A stretch of 64,000 nucleotides of DNA, from assembly GCF_006345805.1 (NCBI RefSeq), contig NC_042997.1:162874001-162938000 (forward strand). Direction: 5' to 3'. Each line of letters begins with the position of its first letter. Positions within the stretch are counted from its first letter, which is position 1. The stretch is from Octopus sinensis. Taxonomy: Eukaryota. This document shows positions 1 through 11,662 of the stretch, piece by piece. Under the pieces are notes generated by a model. That model was not told the origin of the DNA. It searched no databases and saw only the letters and a list, made by a program, of their open reading frames with translations. Both the position numbers and the translations under genes were made by a program.

Positions 1-1390
1 TCCTTTCTGAGAAAATTATCAACAAATCTCCGCTGTCACTCTCTGATAGTATCCATCAACTGTCTCTTCAGTTTCATCTTCTTCAACAGTTCCACATTCG
101 TCACCCTCTGTACCCATGAGATTCTAAGCATTTTACTATAAAACCACATTTCTGCAGCTTTGAATCTCTTCTCCATGACTTTGCTTATCGTCCAAGACTT
201 ACATCCATACTTTAGCACCGACCAGATGTTGCACTTCAATACTCTTTTCTTGACTTCCATTCCAATTCTCTTTGCACAAAAAATGCTCCTCATATCCATA
301 AAAGCCTTCTTTGATAATCCAATTCTGCACTTGATGTCCTTATCTGACCTTCCATCTGATGTTATCCAACTTCCCAGATATTGGAAACTGTCCTTCTGCC
401 CTATCCCAGTTCCATTCACCGTCAAGCAATATGCGGGTACCTGTGCTTTCTTGGTACAGACCATTGAGAAGGTTTTCTGGCAGTTAATCGTCAATCCGAG
501 CTTTCCCCTCTCCTCAATCACGATATTAGTCAATCCCTGAAACTTCTTTTCTGGGTCCACAAACAAAGCCGTATCATCTGCGTACCTCAGATTGTTATAA
601 TTCCTTTCCCTCAGTTGTAGCTCTACAATTGTCTTGATCTTGCTTAGAGCTTTCTCACTATACAGGTTAATAAATCAGGTAACAAAATACAACCCTGCCA
701 GATGCCTTTCTGAATGCCAATCTAGTCGCCCAGTTCTCCATGCACTCTGATGGCTGCTTTCTGATCCCAATACAAATTTCGAATCATTCTTAGGTCTTTC
801 CCATCAATCTCGAGTTCTTCCAACATTCTCACAAACTTTTCGAGCTTGACACAATCAAATGCATTCACATAGTCAATAAAACAGATGTACAAGTCTTTTT
901 GTTACGCTATACACTTTTCCACTGACGTCCTCAAGCACAGAATTGCATTTCTCATCTCCTTTCCTGTTCGATAGCCGAGCTGTTCATCTGATAGGTTTCC
1001 CCTAATAGTAGTTTTCATTCGATTCAACTCCACACTCAAAATAATGTTTGTCATATGACTCATTAGGCTTATCGTTTAGTGATTTTTGCACTCGATTAAT
1101 CCGGACTTTTTAGGCAAGGTGATGAAGATTGATTCCAGCATTTCTTCAGGAACATCCCCCGAATTGTAAGCATTGTTCGCTATCTCTGTTATTTTTCTAC
1201 TCCCAAACTCCCCAAAGCATTTACTAGTTCAAACGAGATGTTATTATTTCCCGTCACTTTTCCACTTTTCATCTTGTCCAAAGTCTGCTTGATTTCAGCT
1301 GCTGCAATCATATGGCCATCCATCGGCTTGCTTATCTATGGTTTTTCTTTCCTTCTATCATCAGCGTAAAGACTTTTGATGTAATCGGTC
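1..1390 (-). mobile_element. Degenerate RTE-clade LINE reverse transcriptase fragment
   Basis: Minus strand reads NNLRYADD near 570-597. ORF 36..566 has FQYLGS..SDGRSDKDIKCRIG..KKAF and LKYGCKSWT..AAEMWFY..MLRISW, typical of the RTE RT C-terminus. Stops and frameshifts occur upstream. Confidence 0.88.
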
Positions 1391-1392
1391 CA

Positions 1393-1551
1393 GGCCAGTT
1401 TATGGGGTAACTCTGGGTTTCCCATCCATAAAGAGTTTAACTTTATGCCGTATCATCAGACCCGAAGACCAGTCGGCCTGGGGTCTGACGATACGCCATA
1501 AAGTTAAACCCTTTTTTGGACTGGAAACCCAGGTAACCCCATAAACCGGCC
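1393..1551. repeat. ~160-bp imperfect palindrome; each arm carries a hammerhead-like motif
   Basis: Arms GGCCAGTTTATGGGGTAAC...TCATCAGACCC and GGGTCTGACGA...GGTAACCCCATAAACCGGCC are reverse complements. Plus arm reads GGGGT-CTGACGA(1485-1491)-stem II-GAAA(1524-1527)-CCCAGG-TA-ACCCC. Confidence 0.75.
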
Positions 1552-2719
1552 CCAACCTGGTGCCTGTAGATTGTGAAATGATCTTAATCATACATCTATA
1601 CTGCATCTCCCCTACAAATTCCACTCTTTGTTGCGATGTTTTACCTAGTGTACATCAACAATCCTGAGAATATGCCAGTGGAGTGCAAGCTCCTTGTACG
1701 GCCTCCCATGCTCGACAAAGTGAAACGATGGACGCCACACTAGTATGGATAATATGGACTATTTCTTCCCAAAGTTAAAATGCGTTTGCGTTGAGCTGAT
1801 GCTCCTGTACAGCAAAAAAAATGAATTAGCAAAGTTGCAGAAGAATCGGTGAGAATTCAAAACCAAAACCTTAACAAGGAGCAAAAAAGATGACCCAGAG
1901 TTAAAACCGGTGGGGAAATGTCGTCGATGGCCTATGCTGCAAAGAGAGTGAAGAGCTTAAATAAAAGTATGCCCCATCAGTTAGAAGCTAAGTAAGAAAG
2001 CGTATCACTCTCGCCACCCTCCAGTGCAACGTCTTTTCCATTTTGTCTTCAGGGACCATGAGACGGTCTGAATTACAGGGAATTCACGTCCACTCCTTAA
2101 TGTAAAGTTACTCCATACAATATATTAGCACCGCAAGAAAAGTGCTTAATAACAGAGTAATTTAAATTTTAAAATGGATTCACGTAAAAAAAAAATGCAT
2201 GCATGTGACAGCATTTTTTAACCCTTCGTGTTTGCACTAGCATATGAGGGGGAAGGCATCTATACTGTCGCTTAACCTGCAACATATAGCAGTAAAATCT
2301 TTCTTAAATTACACCCTACTATCTTAAAAAGGAAAAAAAACTCATCGGTTTTGTGAAATATGAGATACAAGGCCGGAATTGCCACGGTTAGAATGCGTTT
2401 GACTACAGATTTCTTCTGTTCAGAGTTGACCTGAACTAAACACAACGCAATGTACAACTTCTGTGATTACATCTATTCGAATTTGATATAAAGTTTGTGG
2501 GGGTAAATTCGACTCTAAGCTAAAAATATTTAAATTCAAGATGACATATGTACTTTTCGCCAGAAAATTAATCTTCCATTGAACTAAAATCATTGCTATT
2601 GTTAAGACCTAGATCAGTTCTCTAACCCAGCTGCCTAAAAGTATTCCAGCTGTAATAACTCCAGCTTTTCAGTATATCTAGGGCTACAATAGACAATATG
2701 TTCCTTTATATATATATAT

Positions 2720-3150
2720 CCAGGCCAGGCCAATTCCCCATTTTTAGGAGGGGGTAGCTACAAGACACACACCAGGCATTCCATTCATTTCCCACCTCAA
2801 AGAGTTGAGCCTCGTTCTATGCTCGGACAAGGTATAGAACGCAACCCCCAATATCAGTTGCGGAGCCCGACAGCATGTGCTGGTTTACCTCCGCCGCATC
2901 ATGTTACTTCCGTACACCTTTGACCAACATCAAATTCACTTATCTGTCCACAAACACTCTCCAAGATTTCCTATCATTTATAAACTCTCTTGCTTTTCTC
3001 ACTCCAACACCTCTAACCGCCAAAGCTTTCCTCACTCCATACACCCACACAAACCGAGGTCTGCCTCAGGTTTTGCTGGCTGCCACTTCTGCCTTCATCA
3101 CGCTTCTTACCATCCGCTCTACATCCATCCGCTCCATGTGGCCAAATATT
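2720..3150 (-). mobile_element. 3' end of an RTE-clade LINE with 3' UTR
   Basis: Minus strand translates FGHMERMDVERMVRSVMKAEV..*GRPRFVW..GVRKAL....DRKSWR, the RTE C-terminal GH..R / GRP..W pattern. Confidence 0.7.
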
Positions 3151-3286
3151 CATATTTGTTTAAAATAGCAGAAGTTAAACATACAAGGCGGCTAAAACTG
3201 AGGTAAGGTGAAACAGTTATACAAAACGAGAGGCATGTAACGAGACAAAAACATAGACGTAAAGACACAGAACCAAATATATATAC

Positions 3287-3339
<53 letters not shown>

Positions 3340-3528
3340 GCTTACGTGCATACACACAGGTACTCACACACACATAGATACATATACAAACATACGCTCT
3401 CACAGCTATATGTCGCGAGAGGGGGAGAGAGGTATGGCCAGTGTGCGTGAGAGAGTCTCATACACAATACACACACACACACACGTGTGTGTGTGTGCGT
3501 GTGTGTGTATATATACATATATATATGT

Positions 3529-3658
<130 letters not shown>

Positions 3659-4446
3659 AGGTGGGAAGAAAGAGATGCAGCAGACACGCTGAGGCAAGCA
3701 AAATAAATCAGGTAACGCATGCGCCCGATAGAGAATGGCGTGAACGATGGAAGAGCTAAAAGAAAGCGAAAGAATAGTAAAAGACAACGAGAAGAATAAA
3801 AGAGACACAAATAAATAAATAAATAAATAAATAAATAAACAAATAAAGAATATGAAAGCAAAGTAGGAATGAAGGTAAAGGATTAATGATGGAAGAAGAA
3901 AAAATCAGAAAAGACAAGAAAAGGAAATAGGCAAAAATACATAATGAAACATGAATCAATAAGAATTCTCTGTTCATTTTTGGTTTTGGTGATAGAATAG
4001 ACACCATTGTGAATCTCCAATTAAGGAATGTTTGCAGAGAAATTCCTGTCATTGATATTGGAGTATGTCCTAATATATTTGGCCCCAGGACGAGTAAAAA
4101 ACGTCATTAATCTCTGGAGTAATTAGGTTTTCGGTTATATTCTACCCATATATATATATATATATAATATATATATATATATTATATATATATATATATG
4201 TACGTATGTGTGTGTGTGTGTGTATGCGTGTGTGTGTGTATTGTGTATATGCATGTATGTATGTACACGTTTCATCTATCAGTATGGGTGAATGGTTTAT
4301 TCCCACATCAGCACCACCTCTAACTAAAGCCTTGTGGTTTCGGAGAAGCCTTCCTAATCGACCAACTAAAAAAGTCGACAACTGGTCGTATATATATATA
4401 CATACATATATACATACATGCAAATATATATATACATACATACATA

Positions 4447-4498
<52 letters not shown>

Positions 4499-4576
4499 CA
4501 GGTATGCATACGCACTCACATATACAACACACATATATGTGCATGTATGTATATATCTACATATATGCATATACAT

Positions 4577-4634
<58 letters not shown>

Positions 4635-4669
4635 TAATATACACACGCGCGCGCACACACGCATACACG

Positions 4670-4716
<47 letters not shown>

Positions 4717-5094
4717 GCACGCACACACACACATGTATATTCATTAAGGCGTGCATACAAAGGAAGTGAAATGGCAGGGTTGTGGAGATTAGTTGCTTGC
4801 TTTGCAGATCGTTTGTTCGTGTCTCAACGCTCTGAGATCGAATCACACCAATATCAACTAGATTTTTCATACCTTCGTGATCGATGCAAAAAAAGTATCT
4901 GTCTAGCATTGTGGAGTGGTGGTAGTTAGACCAGATGCATCGCAGTGTCTGTTTTTACTGTCTGTGTTGTGACGACAGTACCAGCGTTGATACTGATGCA
5001 CAACTGTAAGGCTTCCAAAATAGCCGTCTTTGCTTTGTATAACACTATTGGTGTTATCTAAGAACGTCGAGGACTTTTATATAAAGACAACTAA

Positions 5095-5507
5095 GGCGGC
5101 GAGCTAGCAGAAACGCTAGCGCGCCGGGCGAAATGTTTAGCGGCATTCCGTCTGCCGTTACGTTCTGAGTTCAAATTCCGCCGAGGTCGACTTTGCCTTT
5201 CATCCTTTCGGGGTCGACAAATTAAGTACCAGTCACACACTGGGGTCGATGTAATCGACTTAATCCGTTTGTCTGTCCTTGTTTGTCCTCTCTGTGTTCA
5301 GCCCCTTCTGGGTAGTAAAGAAATAGGTATTTCGCCTGCCGTTAAGTTCTGAGTTCAAATTTCGCCGAGGTCGACTTTACCTTTCATCCTTTCGGGGTCG
5401 ATAAATTAGGTACCAGTTACGCACTGGGGTCGATATAATCGACTTAATCGCTTTGTCTGTCCTTGTTTGTCCTCTCTATGTTTAGCTCCTTGTGGGCAGT
5501 AAAGAAA
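5095..5507 (+). mobile_element. tRNA-like-headed SINE (family A) with a duplicated body
   Basis: Head GGCGGCGAGCTAGCAGAAACG..GTTCAAATTCC followed by two ~185-bp body units ending GTAAAGAAATA. The same family recurs at 8173, 9606, 41450 (-) and 53079. Confidence 0.85.
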
Positions 5508-6100
5508 TATATATAAGCGCAATTGCCAGGCTTCTACAAAAATGTGTCTATATATGCAAATTAGCATACACATTGTTAATTGTGTATGTATGTGTGTGCG
5601 TGAATATATACATATTGTATGTATGTTCCAAGTTGTAGACCATGAAATTACGCCTATGTCGGAGAAATTTTACATACAGGCACATCTCATGAAGGAATTC
5701 ATAGGCCAGGGGACTTTTTCTAGTACCTCCTAGTAAAACACCAAGTCATGCTGTCCACGGCTGCCAGTGTGTGTGTTTGTGTGTGCATATGGGTGTGCGC
5801 GTGCACGCATATATGTGCAGAACACACAAATACACAAACACACACACATATATAATGTATGTGTGTACATATATCATATATGTGCATGTATGTAATTAAC
5901 CGTATAATATAATTGTTTCATAGACCTTGGACATTATTTTAAGTACGCTTGCCACTGGCTTAAATTATTATTAATTAATAATATTAATTTCTACCCTCAA
6001 TATTTAACTTTATATATATATATATATATATATACTACAGTTCTATATTTAAGAGATGAGGAATTTTGTACATTATTTACATTCGACGGATATTTGTCCT

Positions 6101-6142
6101 CAACGTTTCGGCTGAGATGCCCTACAGCCTTCTTCAGGTGTC
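6101..6142 (-). ncRNA. Minimal type-I hammerhead motif with most of the 3' stem I strand deleted
   Basis: Minus strand: GACAC CTGAAGA A GGCTG-TAGGGCATCT-CAGCC GAAA CG TT G. A palindromic AACGTT stands in place of stem III. Confidence 0.65.
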
Positions 6143-6197
6143 TTGGGGAAATTTCAAACCTGGGTTCTCATTGGTAAGGTATTTTTCGATGTTGTTG

Positions 6198-6246
<49 letters not shown>

Positions 6247-6268
6247 CATCATTATTATTATTATTATT

Positions 6269-6821
6269 GAGTGAGAGAGCAGTTCATGCCATCAAAGTGA
6301 CACTGGGGTAAAATATACGAAGACCAATATACCCATCATGACTACCCGTCTGATAAAGGTACACCAGGCACATGCATCACAACCATATGTGCACGACATG
6401 GTGATCTCATATCAAGATAAACAGCACATGACCTTGCAGGTGGGGCCCAGTTAGAATTTTCTTCAGGTTGAGTAGCCCATCCCGCTCAAAAGGTCCCTGA
6501 ATAAGGGTTGTTTAAGGATGTTGGAAGAACCACCCATGTTTCCAGAGGTGAACTATTCAAACCTCAAAGAATCCCTCTCAACACATGGCTATGATGCTCC
6601 CCCACAACTTCTGCTCGTGATCAGAGATGCACATATCGTCAGCCACTAAGGGACATGCTCAACTGGTTAAGGTCAAACAACTGACAAGCAAATCTGTGGT
6701 ATTGAGCAGAATATTTGCTGTAGCCCATCTTTTATACCAAGACAAAACAATGTACATGATAACACTTCCAATCAGTTAAGATCAGAAGCCATGAGAGCCA
6801 CTGCCTGGTACTGCATCAGGG

Positions 6822-6822
<1 letters not shown>
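6269..6822 (-). mobile_element. ~550-bp non-coding repeat inserted in (TTA)n (copy 1)
   Basis: A near-identical copy lies at 62046-62589. Both are flanked by TTA repeats and share the same left boundary GAGTGAG(A/C)GAGCAG. Confidence 0.85.
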
Positions 6823-6860
<38 letters not shown>

Positions 6861-6906
6861 TATTATTATTATTATTATTACTATTATTATTATTATTATT
6901 ATTATT

Positions 6907-7052
6907 CAGTAGTTTTATATTTTTATATCGTGCTTTCACTTCACTACCGAGCGCAGCTCTGTGTGCCTTGGGTATGTGCTGTGATTTGTTGTGATGCTCT
7001 GATGGTTATTGTATGGAAGGTGTTCTGCGTAGGATGTGTGCAGTGCCTAGTA

Positions 7053-7053
<1 letters not shown>
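6907..7053 (-). mobile_element. Extreme 3' end of an R4/Dong-type LINE in (TTA)n
   Basis: Minus strand reads LLGTAHILRRT..* plus UTR. It matches 59053-59200 and the GTAHILR motif at the end of ORF 13418..13840. Confidence 0.8.
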
Positions 7054-7118
<65 letters not shown>

Positions 7119-7809
7119 CTGGCCACTGCTTGGAATCGAACTCGGAATCTTGGGGTTAGTAGCCCGCACTCTTAACCACTATGCCATATGCCCGTGGGCA
7201 TATGGCAAGAGTGCTTATAACCACGGCTGGAAGGCCTTTCTGCAATGTTTGTACGCCCATTGTCAACACAATGGGGTTAATGTATTTCACACCAGCACCA
7301 CCACCACCACCACAACAACAACAGCAACAACAACAACAACAACAACAGTACTAATCGTCAAGCCTATGAATTTTGCTCTTGTGTAAAATATATATGTTTC
7401 TCTTATAGTCTCGTGATTGCTAGCTTCTCCCACATTTTCCAGTTCGTCGTGATCGATATTTCGGCGAGTCTTAAGTCAGTATAAGTTATTCTTCACTTCC
7501 TTTAAAACTCACTGTGTTACAAGCTATGATACAGCTCGTTAAAGACAAACGGACACGCCCCGTTTAACTTCCGCTTTTATGCAAAACTTGAGATATTGCT
7601 CATGCACCAGATACAAGATGAAGGTCAGAGACATATTGCACAAGGAAAATATTTCTATAAAGTCAGTGATTCAGTAAAATATTTGACTTTTTATTCGCCA
7701 CAAGAAGAAAAATCTAATGGCGACTGTTGTGCGTATGTCTGTGAAGAAACCCATCAATCCATCCGTTCTTTTACATATACATATTTTCATTGCATACACA
7801 CATACATAC

Positions 7810-7859
<50 letters not shown>

Positions 7860-8172
7860 GTGTGCATGTGTGTGTGAGCGTGAGTACATTTATGCATGTA
7901 TACGTACAGGTACAATGGATTAAATTCCTCATGAGAACAGTTATGTGCCAGTGATTAAGCCAGACAACAGAATACACTACTAGGGAACCATGTAACCTTA
8001 TTAAAGTTATGTCTACAGATTTTCTATAGAAATTAGAACCAGTGCCTGTTTGTAACCCTGTAACAAATCAGTACTGGCTCTAATTTCTATCGAAAATCTG
8101 AAGAGACAACTTTAAAGTTAGTTAATAGACTGCTTACACAGGTGAGGCATAATATTGACTTATAAGACAAAA

Positions 8173-8950
8173 GGTGGCGAGCTGGCAGAAACGTTAGCAC
8201 GCCGGGCGAAATGCGTAGCCATATTTCGTCTGCCGTTACGTTCTGAGTTCAAATTCCGCCGAAGTCGACCTTGCCTTTCATCCGTTCGGGGTCGATTAAA
8301 TAAGTACCAGTTACGCACTAGGGTCGATATAATCGACTTAATCCGTTTGCTTGTCCTTGTTTGTCCTCTCTGTGTTTAACCCCTTGTGGGTAGTAAAGAA
8401 ATAGGTATTTCGTCTGCCGTTACGTTCTGAGATCAAATTCAGCCGAGGTCGACTTTGCCTTTCATCCTTTCGGGGTCGATAAATTAAGTACCAGTTACGC
8501 ACTGGGGTCGATATAATCGACTTAATCCGTTTGCTTGTCCTTGTTTGTCCTCTCTGTGTTTAACCCCTTGTGGGTAGTAAAGAAATAGGTATTTCGTCTG
8601 CCGTTACGTTCTGAGATCAAATTCAGCCGAGGTCGACTTTGCCTTTCATCTTTCGGGGTCGATAAATTAAGTACCAGTTACGCACTAGGGTCGATATAAT
8701 CGACTTAATCCGTTTGCTTGTCCTTGTTTGTCCTCTGTGTTTAACCCCTTGTGGGTAGTAAAGAAATAGGTATTTCGTCTACCGTTACGTTCTGAGTTCA
8801 AATTCATCCGAGGTCGACTTTACCTTTCATCCTTCGGGGTCGATAATTAAGTACCAGTTACGTACTGGGGTCGATATAATCGACTTAATCTGTTTGTCTG
8901 TCCTTGTTTGTCCCCCTCTGTGTTTAGCCCCTAGTAGGTAGTAAAGAAAT
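8173..8950 (+). mobile_element. SINE family A: one head plus four tandem ~184-bp bodies
   Basis: Body units start with (G/A)TATTTCGTCT at ~8221, 8405, 8589 and 8770. Confidence 0.88.
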
Positions 8951-9240
8951 ATATATGTTTAGTTACTCTATCTCAAATAATTTATACGGCTTCAGAGAGA
9001 ATTTTACCGCTTTGGAACTACATGAATTTGGGTTCAGTCCATTGCGAGGCACTTTAGCCAGTTATCTTCAACTCTTGTCCAGACTTACTAATACCTTGTG
9101 ACAGAAAAGTTCCTGGCTTTAGGGGTATCACGAAAGTCCTATTTATGGATGCGAAACCATTAGTCACTCTATTACCGGACATATATTTAACTTCATGTAA
9201 ATATACATGTATGTATGTGTGTGTGTGTGGTGTGTGTGTG

Positions 9241-9278
<38 letters not shown>

Positions 9279-9605
9279 TGTGTGGTGCGTGTGTGTGCAT
9301 GTGTGTGTGAGCGTGAGTACATTTATGCATGTATACGTACAGGTACAATGGATTAAATTCCTCATGAGAACAGTTATGTGCCAGTGATTAAGCCAGACAA
9401 CAGAATACACTACTAGGGAACCATGTAACCTTATTAAAGTTATGTCTACAGATTTTCTATAGAAATTAGAACCAGTGCCTGTTTGTAACCCTGTAACAAA
9501 TCAGTACTGGCTCTAATTTCTATCGAAAATCTGAAGAGACAACTTTAAAGTTAGTTAATAGACTGCTTACACAGGTGAGGCATAATATTGACTTATAAGA
9601 CAAAA

Positions 9606-10381
9606 GGTGGCGAGCTGGCAGAAACGTTAGCACGCCGGGCGAAATGCGTAGCCATATTTCGTCTGCCGTTACGTTCTGAGTTCAAATTCCGCCGAAGTCG
9701 ACCTTGCCTTTCATCCGTTCGGGGTCGATTAAATAAGTACCAGTTACGCACTAGGGTCGATATAATCGACTTATCCGTTTGCTTGTCCTTGTTTGTCCTC
9801 TCTGTGTTTAACCCCTTGTGGGTAGTAAAGAATAGGTATTTCGTCTGCCGTTACGTTCTGAGATCAAATTCAGCCGAGGTCGACTTTGCCTTTCATCCTT
9901 TCGGGGTCGATAATTAAGTACCAGTTACGCACTGGGGTCGATATAATCGACTTAATCCGTTTGCTTGTCCTTGTTTGTCCTCTCTGTGTTTAACCCCTGT
10001 GGGTAGTAAAGAAATAGGTATTTCGTCTGCCGTTACGTTCTGAGATCAAATTCAGCCGAGGTCGACTTTGCCTTTCATCTTTCGGGGTCGATAAATTAAG
10101 TACCAGTTACGCACTAGGGTCGATATAATCGACTTAATCCGTTTGCTTGTCCTTGTTTGTCCTCTGTGTTTAACCCCTTGTGGGTAGTAAAGAAATAGGT
10201 ATTTCGTCTACCGTTACGTTCTGAGTTCAAATTCATCCGAGGTCGACTTTACCTTTCATCCTTTCGGGGTCGATAAATTAAGTACCAGTTACGTACTGGG
10301 GTCGATATAATCGACTTAATCTGTTTGTCTGTCCTTGTTTGTCCCCCTCTGTGTTTAGCCCCTAGTAGGTAGTAAAGAAAT
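9606..10381 (+). mobile_element. SINE family A tandem array (duplicate of 8173-8950)
   Basis: Same four-unit structure and the same diagnostic variants as 8173-8950. Confidence 0.88.
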
Positions 10382-10644
10382 ATATATGTTTAGTTACTCT
10401 ATCTCAAATAATTTATACGGCTTCAGAGAGAATTTTACCGCTTTGGAACTACATGAATTTGGGTTCAGTCCAATTGCGAGGCACTTTAGCCAGTTATCTT
10501 CAACTCTTGTCCCAGACTTACTAATACCTTGTGACAGAAAAGTTCCTGGCTTTAGGGGTATCACGAAAGTCCTATTTATGGATGCGAAACCATTAGTCAC
10601 TCTATTACCGGACATATATTTAACTTCATGTAAATATACATGTA

Positions 10645-10702
<58 letters not shown>

Positions 10703-11062
10703 GTGTGTGTGTGTCTTTGTACTCAAGTTTGTCCCCCACGACAGCTTGACAACCAGCGTTGGTTTGGTTATTTCTCCAGAACTGAGTGGTTCGGCAAATG
10801 ATGTCGAGAGAATAAGTAAAAAATTTAGAAATATGCACTGATGTCGATTTGTTCGACTAAACGCTTGAAGACGGTGCCCCAGAATGGCCACAGTCCAACG
10901 GCTGAAAAACGTAAATGGTAAAAGATAACACACTCACACACTCAAACGCACACACACACACACGCGCACGCCCGCATGGTCGCACAGACAGAAAGACAGT
11001 CAGCAGACAGAGAGTCAGTCAGACAAACAGTGAGACAGACAGACAGATATACAGACAAGCAA

Positions 11063-11109
<47 letters not shown>

Positions 11110-11608
11110 CATACATACATACATACATACATACATACATACATACATACATGCATGCATACATACATACATACATACATACATACATACATACATACAG
11201 ACAGACAGACGGACAGACATACATACTGAAGCAATATGAAGCCTCCCTGAAGCGAAACCTTCAGACATACATACTGAAGCAATATGAAGCCAACCTTTAG
11301 CGCATCAACATAATAGTTGGAGAAACCTCTGCATTAAGAGCGCCAAATTCCTCGAGCTATCTCATACTGGGGTGTTTGCATAGAAAAAGGAGGAGGAGGA
11401 AGATTGCACGAGAAACACATATTGATTACATGGCCCCATAAATCTTGATTTTTGTTCAATTTTGTTTTTAAAATTCGTTCTATTTTCTTCTTATTTTGGC
11501 TACTACTGCTTCACTTGTGCTACAACTTCTATCATCGTGCCAGCCGCATATACGTATATATGTGAATGTGTGCGCGTATATTTACATACCCTTTATATGT
11601 ACATGCAT

Positions 11609-11660
<52 letters not shown>

Positions 11661-11662
<2 letters not shown>

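Larger units (their letters stand above)
6036..7206 (-). mobile_element. Solo Penelope-type terminal repeat (tRNA-like head + (TAA)n + hammerhead) with nested insertions
   Basis: Segments 7121-7200 and 6036-6195 match, in reverse complement, the 3' tail of the Penelope element at 16117-16391. The TAA tract between them is expanded and holds two insertions. Confidence 0.8.
7813..10713. repeat. ~1.43-kb direct tandem duplication bounded by three (TG)n tracts
   Basis: TAAATTCCTCATGAGAAC occurs at 7921 and 9354 (offset 1433). ORFs 8155 and 9588 start identically, as do ORFs 7771 and 9054. Confidence 0.92.

Noticed and set aside
1650-1965. Possible RTE-related non-autonomous element
   Set aside because: Only a vague resemblance to RTE UTR ends, with no second copy or TSD to support it.
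4263-4315. CTGATGT...GAAACG on the minus strand as a hammerhead
   Set aside because: Core mismatch, and no stem II closing directly onto GAAA.
7121-7200. Functional tRNA gene
   Set aside because: A and B boxes are present but there is no convincing acceptor stem, and it is part of a repeat also found at 16117. The SINE heads were rejected for the same reason.
8173-10381. Regularly repeated ~184-bp units resembling a CRISPR or satellite array
   Set aside because: No unique spacers and no cas genes; the units are bodies of a dispersed SINE.
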